32,748 nt of DNA from a virus (Duplodnaviria > Caudoviricetes): the IMG/VR virus record IMGVR_UViG_3300044708_000041, positions 1 through 32,748 of that record; one strand, given 5' to 3'. Position 1 is the first letter of the stretch. The number at the start of each line of letters is the position of its first letter. A program made the translations under genes and the position numbers. Below the pieces are notes generated by a model that was given only the letters and a program-made list of their open reading frames with translations, searched no databases and was not told where the DNA came from. Below, in pieces: positions 8,875 through 18,191 of this stretch.

Positions 8875-11427
8875 ATGGCCGCTCCGATAATACCTTGGCA
8901 ACCGAGTAATTTACCCGGTGAAGTCCAAGCCGAATTGAACCGACGAAAAATCAATCGTAGTTTCAAATACGTTGGTAATAGTAAAGCCGGTTGGGATTCG
9001 AAAACAGGCGATTGGAATTCCTACCGAGGCCCAATGGTTTCGTGGATTCGTGTCTGTTCAAATGGTTTCGGCGACCCAAAGATAGCCAAACCACGATTCG
9101 TGTTACATAGTGGTAAAGGATACTATCAGACTTACGGATTCTCAAATGGAGTTTCGACGGCTGGAAAGACCCGTTACAAACAAGTTATTGGTTACACACC
9201 AAAGGGAGTCGAACATACTATTGATAATTCTTTGAGTTCTCCGGAAGATGGAGCGAATTTTCCAATCCACGTTCCTACGCCTGAAATTTCACGACTGGAA
9301 GTAACCGTTCAGAAAGAATTATTCCGCCGAGCCACAATCGAATGGGTATGTTTTTCTTGGAAACAATTGGTTTATATGGCTCCATATTTTTTGGTTCCCG
9401 GAATGAGCGTCATGATTGAACACGGTTGGAATCATTTCAATCCAATCTCTTTAGTCGATTTGACGAACGAAACGGAATCCGACCCAAAAAGCATGCAAGG
9501 TCTATGGAACAATGCTTACTCTCTTTACTCCGATAACATTCTCAACTCCAAAGGCAACTACGACGTTACCTATGGCGTCATCACGAATTTTAATTGGAGT
9601 GTTGAAGGTAACAAGATTATCTGTTCCACCGAAGTCACATCTAAAGACAGACTGTATGCCGGTATTTCTAAAGAGATTGGTTTGTCTAGCAAATCCGATG
9701 ACAAAAAAAGTACTGATGGAATTTACCAGTCTTTGAAAAGTTTCGTCGATGACAAAGACACTTTCAAGAACATCAAGACCATCGCAGCCAGCAGTACACC
9801 AAAAACACTTCTATCTGAAACCGAACGATTGGGTAACATCAGTAATAGCAGTAACAAAAAATGGAGAGAAATCATTCGGACAATCTTACAAGAGTCCGAC
9901 CCTATTCTTCAATCCATCAAAATATCCTACTTGTTTGGAGTGTTTGCTGGTCGAGATAAAGAACACTATGCTAAACTCGGAAAACCAAAAAAAGGTGACT
10001 TTGACTTTACCACAGGTGACACCAATGACACGACATTCTGGATTAACATGGGATTGATTATCGAACTGATTAATCACTTTGCTACATCTAAACTTCCCGG
10101 CCCAAACGGTAAACCACCATTCAAGGTAGATATTATCAACACGGTCATTAGTGGCCACGCCAATCTTATCTCATGTGACCAGAGGGTGTTAATTCCTAAT
10201 GCCATGGCCCCAAAATACCATTATGGAGCCAAAGGTAGTGAAGTTTACGGAACTACTGATAAAAGCAGTGAATGGAACACTCAGTATGTCAAAAGCATTG
10301 CCGTCTCATCTTTGAACGATAAGACCGCCGACGCTACCTTGGGAAGAACGATGCAGCAGTTCGGCGCATGTTATCGAAACGATTTGGATAGAATCATCAA
10401 CATCAACCGATACAATAACATCCCAAGTAACTATCCGATGAGACTGTGGAGTTTTCCGTCTCAAGAAGACGCCATGTTGGTCACAAGTTCCACCGGCCTT
10501 TCCGCGAACAAAGTCGAAAAGACTGTATCAGGATTGTTGTCAAACATTTATATCAGTTATGACGCGTTCAAGAGTATTGTGGATAATGACAAGGAATGTG
10601 CGTCATATCCTGACATCATCAAATCCATACTCAAACTATTAAATGGAGCCTCGGGAGATTTTTGGGATTTGGATTTGGTTGAAGGTGTTGATGGCGTCAT
10701 GACCATTACCGATAAACGATACATTGGAAAATATTCTACCGAGAAACAAGGCGACACAGTGTTTTCATTTGATTACTATGATGCTGACAGTTTAATCAAA
10801 TCAATGAAATTCCGCCCTCAGATGACCGATGCTCAAGCCGCTCGGGCAATCTATGGAGAAACCAGTAACAGTGGCGCAAGTGTGTCATACGTGGATGGCA
10901 ATGATTTGATTGACTTTGAATTCAAAGATTTGGTTTTCTCCGGTTTGAAGGATGCGGCTAAATCTGTTCCATCGAAAGAGGCAGCCCGGGATGAAATGGG
11001 TGAATTGATTAAGTCCGTTCAAAAAATTAACGGTCAAAAAGATGACGGTTCGCTTCAATTGAGTGTGAATTCCAAAGACGGACCATCAGGTTCAACCGAA
11101 ATCGTAAAACTCGTTCTACCGAAGAAACAAATTCTGTATCTTCTGTTGGATGATAGAGATTATGATAATAATCCTCGGTATTGCGCAATTCAACCCGGCA
11201 TCACCCTCGAACTGGTTATCCAAGGTATCGGCGGCATTCGAACATTTCAATACTTTCTCGTAAAGAATCTCCCTCGCCCATACAGCGAGAAGACCATCAT
11301 TTTCCAAGTTACCGATGTTGCCCACACATTAGAGAGTGGCAATTGGGAGACGACCATTAGGGCCGGCCTCCTTCCTCTCAGGAACTATATCAAAAAGCGA
11401 TTACCTAAAGAGGGTGGTTGGCAATAA
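8875..11427 (+). CDS. Large baseplate hub-like structural protein
   Basis: 850 aa after the LysM gene. RRATIEWVCFS..QL, PGMSVMIEHGW, GVITNFNWS and C-terminal LELVIQGIGGIR..QYF...FQVTDVAHTLESGNWETTI resemble gp27/gpD-like hub proteins. Confidence 0.6.
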   Translation: MAAPIIPWQPSNLPGEVQAELNRRKINRSFKYVGNSKAGWDSKTGDWNSYRGPMVSWIRVCSNGFGDPKIAKPRFVLHSGKGYYQTYGFSNGVSTAGKTRYKQVIGYTPKGVEHTIDNSLSSPEDGANFPIHVPTPEISRLEVTVQKELFRRATIEWVCFSWKQLVYMAPYFLVPGMSVMIEHGWNHFNPISLVDLTNETESDPKSMQGLWNNAYSLYSDNILNSKGNYDVTYGVITNFNWSVEGNKIICSTEVTSKDRLYAGISKEIGLSSKSDDKKSTDGIYQSLKSFVDDKDTFKNIKTIAASSTPKTLLSETERLGNISNSSNKKWREIIRTILQESDPILQSIKISYLFGVFAGRDKEHYAKLGKPKKGDFDFTTGDTNDTTFWINMGLIIELINHFATSKLPGPNGKPPFKVDIINTVISGHANLISCDQRVLIPNAMAPKYHYGAKGSEVYGTTDKSSEWNTQYVKSIAVSSLNDKTADATLGRTMQQFGACYRNDLDRIININRYNNIPSNYPMRLWSFPSQEDAMLVTSSTGLSANKVEKTVSGLLSNIYISYDAFKSIVDNDKECASYPDIIKSILKLLNGASGDFWDLDLVEGVDGVMTITDKRYIGKYSTEKQGDTVFSFDYYDADSLIKSMKFRPQMTDAQAARAIYGETSNSGASVSYVDGNDLIDFEFKDLVFSGLKDAAKSVPSKEAARDEMGELIKSVQKINGQKDDGSLQLSVNSKDGPSGSTEIVKLVLPKKQILYLLLDDRDYDNNPRYCAIQPGITLELVIQGIGGIRTFQYFLVKNLPRPYSEKTIIFQVTDVAHTLESGNWETTIRAGLLPLRNYIKKRLPKEGGWQ

Positions 11428-11429
11428 CA

Positions 11430-11458
11430 TTGACAAAGTAACCATTTGGATTTATAAT
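11430..11458 (+). promoter_or_regulatory. Consensus sigma70-type promoter for the DNA polymerase gene (likely leaderless)
   Basis: TTGACA (11430-35), 17-nt spacer, TATAAT (11453-58); ATG 7 nt downstream. Confidence 0.85.
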
Positions 11459-11465
11459 AGCGCCG

Positions 11466-12824
11466 ATGATTGAGTCGGTGTCTGATTATAATAACTTCCT
11501 TCATGAAGTTGGTGAACACGGAAATCCCATTATTTTAATGGCTATTCCTACCGATGAATATGTCCATCCTGCCATTGCCGACGTTTCCGTTGTTATCATT
11601 CGTGACCCCACCACCAAGAAAACACACTGTATCTCTTTCCATCATCAAGACGCTGAAATAGTTGTTCGATTGCCACAATTTGTCACGGATATGAATAAAC
11701 TTTTGAACAAGAAGTTTGCGTTTGATAAAAAATCCACCATACAAATGATGGAGATTTGGAATCTATTGGATTTGAATCTTCTATATCACATCACATGCGG
11801 CAAATTGATTGACAAACAGAAATTCGATACGTTGACTCATCGAATCATTCATCGAACGAACGGCGACTTTAGGAATTTGAATAACGTTGTTCCTTTGGTC
11901 AAACATCAAGAGACGTTTGATAACATGTGTAGTGAAGTGTTGGCTGACGTGGATATTAACGCCCAGTTGGATGTGGGGTATCTTAAAGAAAATACGGTCA
12001 TCCTCGATACCTTGGCAGAAATTGAAAGTAATGGTGTCCACGTAAATGCCGAATGTTTCGGAAAACATTTCAATGCTCCCATATTCGCCGACAGTAAAGT
12101 TTACAGTCAATACAACATCTACACAGCCACAGGCCGACCCAGTAACCATTTTGACAACGTAAACTATGCCGCCTTGAATAAAGAAAACGGTTCAAGGAAA
12201 TGTTTTGTGTCACGTCACCGTTCGGATGGTAAAATGGTCTTGGTTGACTATTCAGCCTTCCATCCGAGAATTATTTGCCATTTGATTAAATTTCCTCTCG
12301 CAATCGACGTGGATATTTACGAGTATCTTGGTGAAATGTATTTGAATCGAAAACCATCCGAGTATGACATGGATGAAATCAAGAAGTGGACATTTCGCCA
12401 ACTTTACGGCGGCGTTCAATCCGAGTATGAACACATTAAATACTTTGGTCAATTGAAAGAATTCATCAATCGGAATTGGACTGAGTTTCAAAAACGAGGA
12501 TATATCCTTACACCAATATTCCAACGACCAATCCTTGCCAGTCACATCGTTGACCCCAATCCGAACAAACTGTTCAATTACATTCTCCAAGCCACTGAAA
12601 CAGAGTTGGCTATTCCGGCATTGAACGCGGTCAATCAGTATCTTCGACCCAAACATACCAAGGCAATTCTCTATACTTACGACTCCATCCTTTTTGATTT
12701 CTACAAAGGTGATGGTGGTCAGACTTTGACTGATATTATTACCATCATGAAGATGGGTGATAGATTTCCTGTCAAAGCCTACATGGGAGATTCTTACGAT
12801 TCGGTTGGTCAGATCTATCCTTAA
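11466..12824 (+). CDS. Compact family A DNA polymerase (degenerate exonuclease-like N-terminus, thumb apparently deleted)
   Basis: LAEIESNGVHVN, YNIYTATGRPSN, motif A VLVDYSAFHPRI, motif B KKWTFRQLYGG, NYILQATETE, motif C LYTYDSILFD. Confidence 0.85.
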   Translation: MIESVSDYNNFLHEVGEHGNPIILMAIPTDEYVHPAIADVSVVIIRDPTTKKTHCISFHHQDAEIVVRLPQFVTDMNKLLNKKFAFDKKSTIQMMEIWNLLDLNLLYHITCGKLIDKQKFDTLTHRIIHRTNGDFRNLNNVVPLVKHQETFDNMCSEVLADVDINAQLDVGYLKENTVILDTLAEIESNGVHVNAECFGKHFNAPIFADSKVYSQYNIYTATGRPSNHFDNVNYAALNKENGSRKCFVSRHRSDGKMVLVDYSAFHPRIICHLIKFPLAIDVDIYEYLGEMYLNRKPSEYDMDEIKKWTFRQLYGGVQSEYEHIKYFGQLKEFINRNWTEFQKRGYILTPIFQRPILASHIVDPNPNKLFNYILQATETELAIPALNAVNQYLRPKHTKAILYTYDSILFDFYKGDGGQTLTDIITIMKMGDRFPVKAYMGDSYDSVGQIYP

Positions 12825-12844
12825 CGTTTCACGTTTCTTTGGGA

Positions 12845-12852
12845 TATTTATA
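12845..12852 (+). promoter_or_regulatory. Putative late promoter box TATTTATA
   Basis: Recurring octamer, 10 nt upstream of ATG 12863. Confidence 0.6.
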
Positions 12853-12862
12853 TCCAAGAAAT

Positions 12863-13597
12863 ATGAAAAGTAACGTATTCGAAAAAGTTCTCAATAATCT
12901 GTCCCTAGACCCAAGGATTCACGATGGCATCTTCAAACTTGAAGAAGAATCCCACATGGATATGCTTCGTGAATATCTCACCAAACGTGGTTTGGATGAA
13001 GCGTCTGCCATCGAATACACCAACAAAGTATTAGAAGGAAAGTATCCTGAGCGTCAGGCTTACAATGCTAAAGGCATCCTCGTCACTTTTCCAACCCCTG
13101 AATACAAAGCGAATGCTATTAAGAAGGGAACCCATTTCGAACAGAACCCAGCAAAACAGGCGCCTAATGTGTTTGGTGGTGCGCAACAGCCTGCTGCCGG
13201 ACAACCAGCAGGTCCGAAACCGGCTCCATCTGAACAGCCGCCTGCTGCTCAACCAGCCGCCCAACAACCACCAACAACGAAATTATCGGCATCCTCAGCA
13301 TCACCAGCCGGTAGTCCGCCTGCTCAATCTCCACAACCACAGCCAGTTGCTCAACCAGCCGTTCAAACACAAGATGCTCCAAAAGATCCAAGCGGAGCCG
13401 AAGTTCCTGATTCAAAGGAACCACCACCAACACCACCGAAATCCCCAGCCGAGAAAACTGCCGATAAAGATGTAATCAAGAAAATGCTGAAAGGCGATGA
13501 CTACATGTTGGAACAAGTGATAACTTGGTTCGTTAACAATGCTCCTGAATATTTGAATGAACAAATAGAAACTCACAGAAAGAAGTATGAGCGATAA
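12863..13597 (+). CDS. Hypothetical protein with long Pro/Ala/Gln-rich linker, possibly virion-associated
   Basis: Start reassigned from TTG 12839 to ATG 12863, which lies after the TATTTATA box in TATG context. Central low-complexity region (QPAAGQPAGPKPAPSEQPPAAQPAAQQP). Confidence 0.7.
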   Translation: MKSNVFEKVLNNLSLDPRIHDGIFKLEEESHMDMLREYLTKRGLDEASAIEYTNKVLEGKYPERQAYNAKGILVTFPTPEYKANAIKKGTHFEQNPAKQAPNVFGGAQQPAAGQPAGPKPAPSEQPPAAQPAAQQPPTTKLSASSASPAGSPPAQSPQPQPVAQPAVQTQDAPKDPSGAEVPDSKEPPPTPPKSPAEKTADKDVIKKMLKGDDYMLEQVITWFVNNAPEYLNEQIETHRKKYER

Positions 13598-13982
13598 GAG
13601 ACAATTGTTATGCACGTTCTCTTCGACCAAATCTTACAAGACTCTCATTGAAGACATAAAGAAATTCTACGCGGTTTACAATAATCGCTTTTTTGTATTC
13701 ACTAACGTCAATAAGCCCGAAGAAGTATTTGTAACTTACAACATCCTCGCCGAAGGAAGGGATTTTCCAAAATTTCCTAACACCATTTCCATCCATCGAA
13801 AGAAGCAAACCAATACGCTTTACACCCTCAATGCCATGAATCAAATCATCAAGGATGAGAACAATGGCGTGTTCGATAAATCCCATGCCGTCAATTGGCC
13901 TTTGTATTCAGATTCACTGATTATCACAGGCGATCCACAACTCAGAATCCTTCCAATTCGAATGCTAGAAATCGTCAACTAA
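13587..13982 (+). CDS. Conserved-looking hypothetical phage protein
   Basis: 131 aa, overlapping the previous ORF by 11 nt. Motif-like segments QLLCTFS, TYNI, SIHRKKQTNTLYTLNAMN. Confidence 0.7.
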   Translation: MSDKRQLLCTFSSTKSYKTLIEDIKKFYAVYNNRFFVFTNVNKPEEVFVTYNILAEGRDFPKFPNTISIHRKKQTNTLYTLNAMNQIIKDENNGVFDKSHAVNWPLYSDSLIITGDPQLRILPIRMLEIVN

Positions 13983-14052
13983 GACGACATTTTCTAAAAT
14001 TCATTTTTACAAAACGCCAAAAAAATAAAATTTCTTGAGCGATTTTTATAGG

Positions 14053-14081
14053 TTGATTTTTGCGCTAAACTCCGTTATTCT
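14053..14081 (+). promoter_or_regulatory. Putative sigma70-type promoter upstream of SSB
   Basis: TTGATT, 17-nt spacer, TATTCT in an AT-rich intergenic region. Confidence 0.5.
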
Positions 14082-14162
14082 TCTACTTATTAGCAGACAA
14101 GAATTACTCAATTAAGAGTTAACGATTGACTACTAATTAACCAATTAAATAATAACCTAATT

Positions 14163-15056
14163 ATGGCCATGAACATCGACCAAATCAAACAGCGTTTAGC
14201 CTCTTTCGAGAAAAAAGGCAAGCAGTCTTCAAAATCCAAAGATTCCATCTGGAAACCCCAACCGGGAAAACAAGTCGTAAGGATTGTTCCTTACCAATAC
14301 CAGCCAGATAATCCATTCATCGAATTGAAGTTTCACTATGACTTCGCGGGCAAGAATTACCTCTCGCCTTCAAGTTTCAACCAACCTGACCCAATTGTGG
14401 AATTGTCGGACAAACTCAAGAAGAGTGGCGACAAAGAACAATGGAAGACAGGTCGTGGTTTGGAACCAAAGATGAGAACCTTCGTCCCTGTCATCGTTCG
14501 TGGTGAAGAGGATAAGGGCGTTCGATTCTGGGGATTCGGCGTCACGGTTTACAAGTCGCTCATGGCGGCTATGAGTGAACCTGATTACGGAGATATTACC
14601 GACCTTAACGCCGGCTTCGACATTCAAGTTGAATTCAAGACCGCCAAGGAATCGGGCAAGGATTATCCTGACACACAGATTCTTATCAAACCAAAACAAC
14701 GTCCAGCGATTGACCCAACGTTGAAAAACGTCAAGGAATTGATGGATTTGATTACGACTAAACAGCCTAACATTCTCGAAGTTTACGAGCCTGCTACTTA
14801 CGAAACTTTGACCAATGCCCTTGAAGAGTATCTTCGTAAGGCTCAAGAAGGCGCCGGCGAAGTTGCCGACGACTCAACTCCTGAGGCTCCAACCGAGGAA
14901 CAAATTGCCGCTGCTACGTCTCCGGCTCCTGTTGCCGAAGTGAAAGCCACTCCAGCCCCAACAGCCGCTAAGGCCGCTGTCTCTCCAACCGCCGCGAAAT
15001 CTGCCACACAAATGAAAGATTTGACGGCCGCGTTTGACACGTTGTTCAACTCTTAA
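14163..15056 (+). CDS. Single-stranded DNA-binding protein (T4 gp32-like)
   Basis: IWKPQPGKQVVRIVP, FHY, PDPI, RTFVPVIVRGEEDKGVRFWGFG..VY, YGDITDLNAGFDI, YPDT; acidic and Ala-rich tail ending FDTLFNS. Confidence 0.85.
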   Translation: MAMNIDQIKQRLASFEKKGKQSSKSKDSIWKPQPGKQVVRIVPYQYQPDNPFIELKFHYDFAGKNYLSPSSFNQPDPIVELSDKLKKSGDKEQWKTGRGLEPKMRTFVPVIVRGEEDKGVRFWGFGVTVYKSLMAAMSEPDYGDITDLNAGFDIQVEFKTAKESGKDYPDTQILIKPKQRPAIDPTLKNVKELMDLITTKQPNILEVYEPATYETLTNALEEYLRKAQEGAGEVADDSTPEAPTEEQIAAATSPAPVAEVKATPAPTAAKAAVSPTAAKSATQMKDLTAAFDTLFNS

Positions 15057-15070
15057 TCGACAACGGAAAG

Positions 15071-15111
15071 ACTTGAAATGCTCGCCGCCATTTGGCGGCA
15101 GCATCTCAGGT
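15071..15111 (+). other. Long GC-rich stem-loop between SSB and recombinase genes (terminator or processing site)
   Basis: ACTTGAAATGCT-C-GCCGCC-ATTT-GGCGGC-AGCATCTCAGGT pairs with one mismatch and one bulge; no strong U-tract. Confidence 0.55.
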
Positions 15112-15149
15112 TGAATTATAAAAATTTAACCCACACACGAAATATCTTT

Positions 15150-16295
15150 ATGGCTAAAAAAGTTTTAGACGCAGACAAATCAAGTAGAGTGGAGCGAGAC
15201 GAGTTAGCAGAACTTATCGTCGCTGCCGCGAATAAATCACAAAAAGACGGAAGTATTATTGCTTCGTTCCTCGACGGTCAAGACGACCCTCAAATGGTAT
15301 CCGATTGGATTTCCACTGGGTCAACTCTTCTTGACTTGGCAATATCAAATCGTAAAAACGGCGGTCTTCCAGTAGGAAGAATTGTCGAACTAAATGGTTT
15401 GGAAGGAACAGGTAAATCACTTATCTCCGCCCACATTTTGGCATCAACTCAAAAGAAGGGTGGTCTAGGTGTCATGATTGATACTGAATACGCAGCCGCT
15501 CCGGCTTTCTGGACGGCAGTCGGTGTTGATTTGAAAAACCTGCCATACGTCAAGTTGGTAACGGTCGAAGAAATCTTCGCTCAGATTGAAATGTATGTTG
15601 GTGTTGTTCGTAAATCGAGCAAAGACCGACTCTGCACAATCATCGTTGACTCATTGGCGATGGCCTCATGTGAAACTGAAATGGAGTCAGAACACGGTAA
15701 GGATGGTTACAATACATCCAAGGCTATCATTATCAGCAAGGCTCTTCGAAAGATTACGGGCCTCATTGGTTCACAACGTATTTTGGTTGTGTTCACCAAT
15801 CAATTGAGAATGAACATGGCAACCGGAAAAGGTTTCGGTGACAAATGGGTTGTTCCCGGTGGTAAGGCGATGGGATTCGCTGCTTCCGTTCGTGTTCGTT
15901 TGTCGAACATTGGACAACTCAAGAACAGTAAAAAAGATGTCATTGGCAACGAATGTAAATGTGTCGTAACCAAGAATCGTATGGGTCCACCAAAACGTCA
16001 GGCCACGTTCGAAATCAATTTCGATTCGGGTATTCAAGACTTGAAGAGTTGGTTGGAATTCATGTCAGTTCACAAACTCATCGGTGGTGATAAGAATGGT
16101 TGGATATTTGAATTGCCATCAGGCAAAGTCAAACTCAATACAAAAGAGTTCGTTGACCGAGCGAACACTGACCTAGCATTCAGAGACGAAGTTTACACGA
16201 TGATTTGTGATTTTAGAATCATGAAATACCGTGACCCGAATAGCAAAATCGAAGAAGACATTGAAGTTGACGAAAACGCCGACGACGAGGATTAA
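15150..16295 (+). CDS. uvsX: RecA/UvsX-like recombinase
   Basis: ISTGSTLLDLAI, GGLPVGRIVELNGLEGTGKS (Walker A), IDTE, IIVDS, VFTNQLR, PGGKAMGFAASVRVRL, VTKNR. Start reassigned to ATG 15150. Confidence 0.92.
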   Translation: MAKKVLDADKSSRVERDELAELIVAAANKSQKDGSIIASFLDGQDDPQMVSDWISTGSTLLDLAISNRKNGGLPVGRIVELNGLEGTGKSLISAHILASTQKKGGLGVMIDTEYAAAPAFWTAVGVDLKNLPYVKLVTVEEIFAQIEMYVGVVRKSSKDRLCTIIVDSLAMASCETEMESEHGKDGYNTSKAIIISKALRKITGLIGSQRILVVFTNQLRMNMATGKGFGDKWVVPGGKAMGFAASVRVRLSNIGQLKNSKKDVIGNECKCVVTKNRMGPPKRQATFEINFDSGIQDLKSWLEFMSVHKLIGGDKNGWIFELPSGKVKLNTKEFVDRANTDLAFRDEVYTMICDFRIMKYRDPNSKIEEDIEVDENADDED

Positions 16296-16296
16296 C

Positions 16297-16494
16297 ATGT
16301 TCAACCGAATCAAACGATGGTTTGAGGAACCGATTAGACGACCAACTAGCGTCAACAGTGGTTCACTCTACCTTCGTGATTTGGAAAAAATAAAAACACT
16401 TGACGATGACGACTTATTATTGATTACTGATGTAAGCGAAAATAGGTCTAAACAAGTATCACTAGGTCAACTTAAAAAACACTTCAAAAAGTAA
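16297..16494 (+). CDS. Small hypothetical protein
   Basis: ATG 1 nt after the recombinase stop; stop abuts the next ATG. 65 aa, MFNRIKRWFEE...LDDDDLLLITD. Confidence 0.65.
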   Translation: MFNRIKRWFEEPIRRPTSVNSGSLYLRDLEKIKTLDDDDLLLITDVSENRSKQVSLGQLKKHFKK

Positions 16495-17559
16495 ATGGCT
16501 ATGAATCCAAAAATTTTCTCTATTTGGGAGAACCTCAAAGAAGAGAAAAAACAAATTCAAGAATTGGGACTGAGTGGCGCAACCAAAAAAGAAGTCCTGA
16601 TTGTTGATGGTTACAATACATTTATTCGTTGTTTTGCGGCGATACCGACACTCAACGAAGATGGGTTACATACTGGGGGCATGTCCGGCTTCCTCAAATC
16701 AGTCGGATATGCCCTCAAACTTCTCAAGTCTGACCGTTGCGTAGTTGTTTTTGATGGGCCGGGTGGTTCCTATAAACGTCGTAAGATTTACCCTGATTAC
16801 AAAGCCCACAAGAGGACAAAAATCCGACTCAATCGGATATACGACGAAAATTTATCGCTTGGTGAAGAAGAAGCCAGTCTCAAGAAGCAACTTCAACGCT
16901 TGGTAGGATATTTACAGTATCTACCTGTAAACATGGTGTCGTTAGACAACGTGGAGGCAGATGATACCATTGCTCACTTAGCGTTGGATTATTTCAAGGA
17001 TTTCAAGGTGAGTATCATGTCGGCAGACAAGGATTTCCTTCAACTCGTTGACGCACGTATTAACGTATGGTCCCCAACCAAAAAGAAACTTTATGGCCAA
17101 GCAGATGTTTCCAATGAATATGGGTTCCATCCAACCAACTTCGTGTATTTCCGAACCTTGGATGGCGACACTTCCGATAATATCGACGGCATCAAAGGTT
17201 GTGGAGCCAAGACCATTCTCAAGGCATTCCCTTTCCTAAGAGAACCAACGAAGGCTACCTTGGATAAAATTCAGCAATACGCCACTGACCATCGGGGTGA
17301 TTTGAAGGTGTATGACAACGTGTTGAATAATTGGGACATCGTAGTTCGAAATTACGAACTGATGCAATTGACGGAAACTCAATTGACAACGATGGCTCAG
17401 TTACATTGTAAAGAAGTGTTGGATGCCAAGATACCAACCCTGAACAAATTCGAATTGGCAAAACTCATCATGGAAGATAAACTTTGGAACAACATACCAA
17501 ACTACCAAACGTGGGTGACAGAAGTATTCACCAAACTAGACAATTTCATTAGAGACTGA
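16495..17559 (+). CDS. 5'-3' exonuclease / flap endonuclease (T4 RNase H-like, PolI N-terminal domain family)
   Basis: LIVDGYN, VVVFDG, RRKIYPDYKAHK, EADDTIA, SADKDFLQL, LDGDTSDNIDGIKGCGAKT. Confidence 0.92.
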   Translation: MAMNPKIFSIWENLKEEKKQIQELGLSGATKKEVLIVDGYNTFIRCFAAIPTLNEDGLHTGGMSGFLKSVGYALKLLKSDRCVVVFDGPGGSYKRRKIYPDYKAHKRTKIRLNRIYDENLSLGEEEASLKKQLQRLVGYLQYLPVNMVSLDNVEADDTIAHLALDYFKDFKVSIMSADKDFLQLVDARINVWSPTKKKLYGQADVSNEYGFHPTNFVYFRTLDGDTSDNIDGIKGCGAKTILKAFPFLREPTKATLDKIQQYATDHRGDLKVYDNVLNNWDIVVRNYELMQLTETQLTTMAQLHCKEVLDAKIPTLNKFELAKLIMEDKLWNNIPNYQTWVTEVFTKLDNFIRD

Positions 17560-17560
17560 T

Positions 17561-17725
17561 ATGACTAATAAAAAGAAAAAACATCCTGCATGGTTGGAAA
17601 ATTACATCACCGAAACTTCGGATGAACTAGACGCCGCCTATGACCAAAAAACACAAAGAAGCCGAAGAAAGCCCGACGCCACCAGAGGAAAGCAAAAAGT
17701 CGGAAAATATAAGAAACGAAGATGA
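17561..17725 (+). CDS. Small basic hypothetical protein (54 aa; not in the ORF track)
   Basis: ATG 1 nt after the exonuclease stop, in TATG context. MTNKKKKHPAWLENYITETSDELDAAYDQKTQRSRRKPDATRGKQKVGKYKKRR. Confidence 0.5.
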   Translation: MTNKKKKHPAWLENYITETSDELDAAYDQKTQRSRRKPDATRGKQKVGKYKKRR

Positions 17726-17827
17726 TTACGAAGACGCTACCATGACGTGCATGCAAAATAAAAATGATGCAGGGTGGGAGTTAATTCAAGTGACATATCG
17801 TAAAAAGAAAAAGAACCGTTAAGGTCG

Positions 17828-17871
17828 CATACATGATACCGTAACTCACATAAAGACTCATACATGATACC
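17828..17871. repeat. 13-bp direct repeat CATACATGATACC, two copies
   Basis: Copies at 17828-17840 and 17859-17871 (31-bp period), just upstream of ATG 17877. Confidence 0.75.
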
Positions 17872-17876
17872 AAATT

Positions 17877-18191
17877 ATGACAAACAGACAAGAAGTATAT
17901 AAAGCAATTGATTCCGAAAGGGATTATCAAGATTCAAAATGGGGGAATTCCCTCTCAGGTGGCCGGCCGGGTAATGGTGAACGAACGGTTGACGAATTCA
18001 TAACTTACATTGTAGGTTATTCTCACGACCTACTCGACAATGCTTCTCACTTTGCCAATACCGAAGACAAATTAAAAATCGTTCGTAAAGTGGCTGGTCT
18101 TTGTGTGGCGTGTATGGAACAACATGGTGCGCCACCCCGTAAAGAAGTGGCGACACCAGTTGACGTTCTTGCGCCTTGTCGTTTGACTTAA
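17877..18191 (+). CDS. Putative all-alpha NTP pyrophosphohydrolase (MazG-like) or hypothetical protein
   Basis: AIDSERDYQDSKWG...DEFITYI...KVAGLCVACMEQHG resembles small phage MazG-like proteins, although the acidic metal ligands look degenerate. Confidence 0.5.
   Translation: MTNRQEVYKAIDSERDYQDSKWGNSLSGGRPGNGERTVDEFITYIVGYSHDLLDNASHFANTEDKLKIVRKVAGLCVACMEQHGAPPRKEVATPVDVLAPCRLT

Noticed and set aside
12252-12857. 201-aa minus-strand ORF and the other antisense or alternate-frame ORFs in the track (e.g. 28213-28788, 14370-14846, 13065-13475)
   Set aside because: They are shadows of well-supported + strand genes, with no recognisable motifs or start signals.
13170-13450. CAACCAGC-like short repeats as a DNA repeat array
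   Set aside because: Explained by the Pro/Ala/Gln-rich protein linker; irregular period.
15078-15149. Upstream starts given by the ORF track for RecA (15078), helicase (19238), 12839, 16231, 24997 and 30366
   Set aside because: They fall in hairpins, promoter boxes or upstream genes. Downstream ATGs, mostly in the TATG context, fit better.
17640-17822. 60-aa ORF from the track
   Set aside because: It overlaps the ORF at 17561-17725, which is coupled to the exonuclease stop and is preferred. It cannot be fully excluded.
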